A stretch of DNA of 10,999 nucleotides from Halodesulfurarchaeum sp. (GTDB taxonomy: Archaea > Halobacteriota > Halobacteria > Halobacteriales > Halobacteriaceae), in assembly GCA_042216015.1 (NCBI GenBank), contig JBDGUI010000001.1:1-10999 (forward strand), read 5' to 3'. The notes under the pieces are model-generated. The model did not search any database. It worked only from the letters and a program-made list of their open reading frames with translations, and was not told the origin of the DNA. Made by a program: the position numbers and the translations under genes. Below are positions 6,989-10,999 of the stretch, one piece after another; positions within the stretch are counted from its first letter, which is position 1, and the number at the start of each line of letters is the position of its first letter.

Positions 6989-8384
6989 CCGAGCCGCGAT
7001 CCGGGACGCGGCGAAGTACCTCCGGCAGGTCCGCCCCATAGATCCCGTCGAGATCAGCGAGTACGTCCCCGACCAGCCCGACCCCCGGGTCGTCCGGCAG
7101 GTTCTTCGCGAACAGTCGATGGAACTCGGCCTCGCCGAGGGGCCGGATGGAGCGTTTCGCCCGGCCGCCACGGGCCCGTTTCGTCGCCAGGCGGACACCG
7201 TCGAGAAACTTCCCGACCAATACGAGGATCGCCTCATTGACCTGCTTCGGGAGGAGTACGGCCCGAACTGGTACCGGGGAGAGACTGGCGCCGAAATCCG
7301 CGAACGAATCGACCGCCTGAAGGCCGATTACTTCGACGGCCGGCCGGTAACATACGACCGGGACGTCGCGCTCGCCTACGCGATCTATCACCTCGGGGGA
7401 TACTACGCGAGCACCCGGTACGTGCTTGGGACACTCTCCAGTGACGGCCTCCTTCCGAGTCGGGCCCGGGTCCTCGACGTCGGGGCTGGGGTCGGGGGTC
7501 CGGCCCTGGCTTTCGCGGATTTCTTCTCCGTCGACCGCGATCCGAACGAACTTCCGATTCTCGACTACCACGCGGTCGAGCCGTCGGCCGGAGCCGACGT
7601 GCTTTACGAACTCCTCGGGGACGGCCCGCAAAACGTCTCGACGACGATCCATCGCGACACCGCAGAGGCGTTCGACCCGGCCGGGACCTTCGACCTCGTC
7701 CTCTTCAACAACGTCCTCTCCGAACTCGAGCGGCCCGTCGAGACGGCAGCCCGATATCTCGATTTCCTCGAGGAGTCGGGCTCGCTCGTCCTGACGGCCC
7801 CGGCCGATCGGAACACGAGCATCCAGCTTCGAACCGTCGAGCGCGAACTCGAGGATCGCGGTGCGACGGTCTATGGCCCCACGGTCCGCCTCTGGCCGGG
7901 CAACCGACCCACTGATACGTGCTGGTCGTTCGACCGACGACCCGACATCGAGGTGCCTACCTTTCAGTCGGCGCTGGCAACGGAAGCTGATCGTCCGGCG
8001 TCGGTCACGAATACCGCCATCAAATACTCCCACGCCATACTTCGAACGGACGGGCGACGCCGCTACGATCTGGCACTGGATCGTTCGAACGTGGCGATGA
8101 TGGCTGAAATGGAAACTCACGTCGGCAGTCGAATCGATCTGGTGGCCGCGAAACTCTCCCGGGACCTCTCGGAGGCCGGCCACCCGCTCTTCAGGGTGAG
8201 CGACGGCAGCGAATCCGTCGGCCACTTCGCGGTGCTGGTCAACGAGACCGAATTGAACCGTGACCTGTTGGACGCCGACTACGGCGATTTGCTCCAGTTT
8301 ACCGGGGGCCTGGCCCTTTACAACGACGATCAGGACGCGTACAACATCGTCGTCGACGAGGAGACGATCGTGGACGTGGCCTGA
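6978..8384 (+). CDS. Class I SAM-dependent methyltransferase, Rsm22-like, 468 aa
   Basis: Motif I VLDVGAGVG, plus ALAYAIYH, FDLVLFNNVLSEL and KYSHAILR; start overlaps the tyrA end by 11 bp. Confidence 0.8.
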   Translation: MPVDRAAIRDAAKYLRQVRPIDPVEISEYVPDQPDPRVVRQVLREQSMELGLAEGPDGAFRPAATGPFRRQADTVEKLPDQYEDRLIDLLREEYGPNWYRGETGAEIRERIDRLKADYFDGRPVTYDRDVALAYAIYHLGGYYASTRYVLGTLSSDGLLPSRARVLDVGAGVGGPALAFADFFSVDRDPNELPILDYHAVEPSAGADVLYELLGDGPQNVSTTIHRDTAEAFDPAGTFDLVLFNNVLSELERPVETAARYLDFLEESGSLVLTAPADRNTSIQLRTVERELEDRGATVYGPTVRLWPGNRPTDTCWSFDRRPDIEVPTFQSALATEADRPASVTNTAIKYSHAILRTDGRRRYDLALDRSNVAMMAEMETHVGSRIDLVAAKLSRDLSEAGHPLFRVSDGSESVGHFAVLVNETELNRDLLDADYGDLLQFTGGLALYNDDQDAYNIVVDEETIVDVA

Positions 8385-8436
8385 TCGTGTCGCCGACAGC
8401 GGTGCGCTTTTGCGGTGGCCACTCCTCGGCTCTCCT

Positions 8437-9213
8437 ATGTCCGGGTCCCCCGACATCCTCGTGACGAACGACGACGGCATCGAGAGCCCCGGGATTCGCG
8501 CCCTCGCCGGGGAACTGTCGACAGTCGGGGACGTGACGGTCGTCGCGCCGGCTGACAACCAGAGTGCCGTCGGTCGAGCCAGCTCGCGCGAGGTTAGCGT
8601 TCGGGAGACGGACCTGGGCTACGCCATCGAGGGGACGCCGGTCGATTGTGTCGTCGCCGGAATCGGTTCGTTGGCGCCCTATCCCGATGTTGTTGTCGCC
8701 GGGATCAACAAGGGCGCGAACCTCGGCATGTACGTCCTCGGTCGCTCCGGGACGGTGAGTGCCGCCGTCGAGGCCGCCTTCTTCGACGTTCCGGCCATCG
8801 CCACGTCCCTGTACCTGCCCGACGAGAAGTGGAAACGAACGCTAAAACGGGCCGATTACGAGCACGCCGCCCGAGCGACCCGCCACGTCGTCGAACGCTC
8901 GCTCGAAAGTGATGTCTTCGAGGACGCGGATTACCTCAACCTCAACGCCCCGGATCCAGACATCGAACCGGAGGGGATGCGGGTTACCCGTCCGTCACGT
9001 GCGTACGACATGACCGCCGAGCGTGACGGGAAGCGGGTAGTGCTCAAGGATCGGATGTGGCAGCGGATGGAAACCGGGAGTCTGTCGGATGACCCGGATA
9101 CCGACCGTCGAGCGGTCGTCGAGGGGGAGATCAGCGTCTCGGCGCTCACGGCGCCTCACACCCCGGAGGGACAGGGTTCACTCGAGGAGGTCGTCTCGTC
9201 GTATCGCTCCTGA
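8437..9213 (+). CDS. surE: 5'/3'-nucleotidase SurE, 258 aa
   Basis: Motifs ILVTNDDG, VVAP..NQSAVG, GTPVDCV, GINKGANLG and SGTVSAAVEA; GCTTTTG TATA-like element about 27 bp upstream of ATG 8437. Confidence 0.96.
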   Translation: MSGSPDILVTNDDGIESPGIRALAGELSTVGDVTVVAPADNQSAVGRASSREVSVRETDLGYAIEGTPVDCVVAGIGSLAPYPDVVVAGINKGANLGMYVLGRSGTVSAAVEAAFFDVPAIATSLYLPDEKWKRTLKRADYEHAARATRHVVERSLESDVFEDADYLNLNAPDPDIEPEGMRVTRPSRAYDMTAERDGKRVVLKDRMWQRMETGSLSDDPDTDRRAVVEGEISVSALTAPHTPEGQGSLEEVVSSYRS

Positions 9214-9238
9214 GACGGGTGAGGCCGCTGTCCGCTCG

Positions 9239-9553
9239 TTACCGCTTCTCGCGCTGTTCGACCTTGTTCAACTCGATGAGCAGCCGGAAAATCGCCTTCA
9301 CCAGGTTGGCGTCCACGTCGAACTGCTCGGCGTTCTCCCCCGCTCGCTCCATGACCGCCCGTTCCTGGGTCTCATCCGTCGTCGGGAGCCCCTCCTCGGC
9401 TTTCACCTCGGCGATCGTGTCCGCGACGTAGGTCCGCCTGGCGATCAGTTCGACGATGTCGTGGTCGATCATCCGGATCTCCTCGCGGAGGTCATCGAGT
9501 GACATCTCCTCGGTCGGCGTTTCGCCCCGCCTCGTTCGCGATGGTTCGCTCAT
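9239..9553 (-). CDS. Monofunctional chorismate mutase (AroQ class), 104 aa
   Basis: LDDLREEIRMIDHDIVELIARR...IAEVK...PTTDETQE is a typical AroQ pattern; the start overlaps the aroK stop (ATGA, 9550-9553). Confidence 0.93.
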   Translation of the reverse strand: MSEPSRTRRGETPTEEMSLDDLREEIRMIDHDIVELIARRTYVADTIAEVKAEEGLPTTDETQERAVMERAGENAEQFDVDANLVKAIFRLLIELNKVEQREKR

Positions 9554-10398
9554 TCCACGATCGCCCCGTCTGTCTGTGTTCGGGTCCGGACGGTCTTTCC
9601 CTTTCGCTTTTCCCACCGTCGCGTTACCGAATCGATCCCCGGCGGATCCCCGACGGCCACGTAGCTCGGTCCGGTCCCGGAGAGGGAAACGCCCGCGGCA
9701 GCGGGCAGGGCCTCGATCATCGGCTCGCTCGGGCGCTCGAGGGCCGCCGCGTACGCAAAGCCGTTGATCGTCATCGCCGTCTCGTAGCGACCCTCCATGG
9801 CCAGTTCCCTGACGGCTTCGGCGATCGGGGCGATTCGCTCGCAGCGCTCGACGTTCGCTTCAGCGCTGAACTCCTGTTCGGGCGGCATCCACACGGCCAC
9901 CTCCCAGTCGACGTTCTCGCGCTCGATCAGCGCATCTTCGGTATTGTCCGTGATCGTGAGGCCCCCGAGCATGCTCGCACTGGCGTCGTCGAAGGCACCG
10001 GTGACGGTTACGCCCGCGTCCCGTGCGGCCCGAACGCCGATTCTTGCCGCCTCTTCGCGACTCACGCTGTCCGTCTCCCGGATGGCCGAGAGGGTCCCAA
10101 GCACGGCTGCGTTCGCGGCCGCGCTCGAACTCTTGAGTCCGGAGGCGAGTGGGACCTCGCTCTCGGTCCTGACCGTCGCTCCCCCGCCTGTTCCGAATCG
10201 CTCGAGCACCAGTTCGACGGCCCGTTCGACGAGACTCGTGTCCGCATTCGGGTGGTCGGCGATTTCGCCCCGGACCGTTTCCCCACCCAGGGTGACCTCG
10301 GCGGTCACGTGGCGGTCGATGGCGAAGGCCGACCCGTACCCCGTGGCAAGTGCGTTGAGCACCGTCCCGGCCGCCGGGGCCCGTGCGCGTCCGTCCAT
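9550..10398 (-). CDS. aroK: Archaeal shikimate kinase (GHMP family), 282 aa
   Basis: Motifs GTVLNALATG.GSAFAI, GHMP loop PLASGLKSSSA, VTGAFDDASAS and SLSGTGPS. Confidence 0.96.
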   Translation of the reverse strand: MDGRARAPAAGTVLNALATGYGSAFAIDRHVTAEVTLGGETVRGEIADHPNADTSLVERAVELVLERFGTGGGATVRTESEVPLASGLKSSSAAANAAVLGTLSAIRETDSVSREEAARIGVRAARDAGVTVTGAFDDASASMLGGLTITDNTEDALIERENVDWEVAVWMPPEQEFSAEANVERCERIAPIAEAVRELAMEGRYETAMTINGFAYAAALERPSEPMIEALPAAAGVSLSGTGPSYVAVGDPPGIDSVTRRWEKRKGKTVRTRTQTDGAIVE

Positions 10399-10482
10399 GC
10401 CCCGCAGTTCATCGAGGGGTCACTTACGGTTGCCGGTCCCGCAGAACGCGGGGCTTTTGGCGCCCGACGGGAAACTCCAGCC

Positions 10483-10908
10483 ATGACCGCTCGCGGCGAC
10501 GTGGCCCCCGAACCGCTCGAGGTGAATCTGGACGAGGACGGCATTTACGTGCAGTACCGGGACAACCGTCGGGTGTTCTACAATGGCATCCCGGAGGTCA
10601 TCACGGGGACTCTCCGATGTCGACCGGGGAAGGACGTGCAGGTGCTGGTGACCGACGAGTCGGGGTCCGAGGGCATCATGACCTACGTGAACGAGCGAAA
10701 GACCGAGGACGACATTCTCGAGTCAAGTGGGGTCGGTCGCGTCTTTCTCGAATCGGGCGAGGAGACCGAACTCTTCGAGGGAGTCACCGCACGCGTCGAC
10801 GGCCTCGCCGTGGAGGTGACCGCCGATACTGATCGGGTGGACGGCCGCGTCTTCGTCTTCGAGGAGGACGAACTGGGCGAGGAGATGTACGAACTCAGAA
10901 ATGGTTGA
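10483..10908 (+). CDS. Conserved haloarchaeal hypothetical protein (DUF5796-like), 141 aa
   Basis: Very acidic, beta-rich ORF (DGRVFVFEEDE) divergent from aroK; CTTTTG TATA-like element at 10454-10459. Family assignment is from recall only. Confidence 0.75.
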   Translation: MTARGDVAPEPLEVNLDEDGIYVQYRDNRRVFYNGIPEVITGTLRCRPGKDVQVLVTDESGSEGIMTYVNERKTEDDILESSGVGRVFLESGEETELFEGVTARVDGLAVEVTADTDRVDGRVFVFEEDELGEEMYELRNG

Positions 10909-10999
10909 TTACTGAAGGTACGTCGGTCTTGGTGATCACTGGAAGTACGTCGGTCTTGGTGATCACTGGAAGTACGTCGGTCTTGGTGATTACTGAAGG
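10906..10999. repeat. 27-bp tandem repeat, at least 3.4 copies, running off the window end
   Basis: Unit GTACGTCGGTCTTGGTGATCACTGGAA at 10918-10944 and 10945-10971; variant GTACGTCGGTCTTGGTGATTACTGAAG at 10972-10998; partial variant TGATTACTGAAG at 10906-10917. Confidence 0.95.

Noticed and set aside
6915..8558. Long antisense or alternate-frame ORFs (547 aa here; also 2263-3501, 2186-3463, 1506-2384, 6119-7237 and the 5' part of 9499-10908)
   Set aside because: Shadow ORFs of GC-rich coding DNA overlapping well-supported genes; Arg/Gly/Pro-rich and without recognisable motifs.
2314..10398. The aro/tyr gene cluster as a novel pathway
   Set aside because: Standard late shikimate and tyrosine-branch enzymes in a neighbourhood typical of haloarchaea.

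Overview
GC-rich haloarchaeal (Halobacteria-type) chromosomal segment, judged from its acidic proteins, mostly leaderless-looking genes and a GHMP-type shikimate kinase. Most of the window is a housekeeping aromatic amino-acid cluster: aroC, aroA, tyrA, chorismate mutase and aroK. Interleaved are an M24 Xaa-Pro peptidase, an Rsm22-like SAM methyltransferase, surE and two conserved hypotheticals. The left end holds a DoxX-family gene plus a small membrane protein, and tRNA-Ser(TGA) on the minus strand. The unusual signal is non-coding. (i) Two hairpin modules built from sense and antisense copies of the tRNA-Ser 3' end are stacked directly behind the tRNA. (ii) There are three separate short tandem arrays (31 bp x2, 38 bp x3+, 27 bp x3+). 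Two of them multiply a likely core promoter, and one carries a DtxR-family-like palindrome. (iii) aroA and aroK share a position-matched upstream motif. No transposase, integrase, CRISPR or defence genes were seen. All family assignments come from motif recognition, not database searches.
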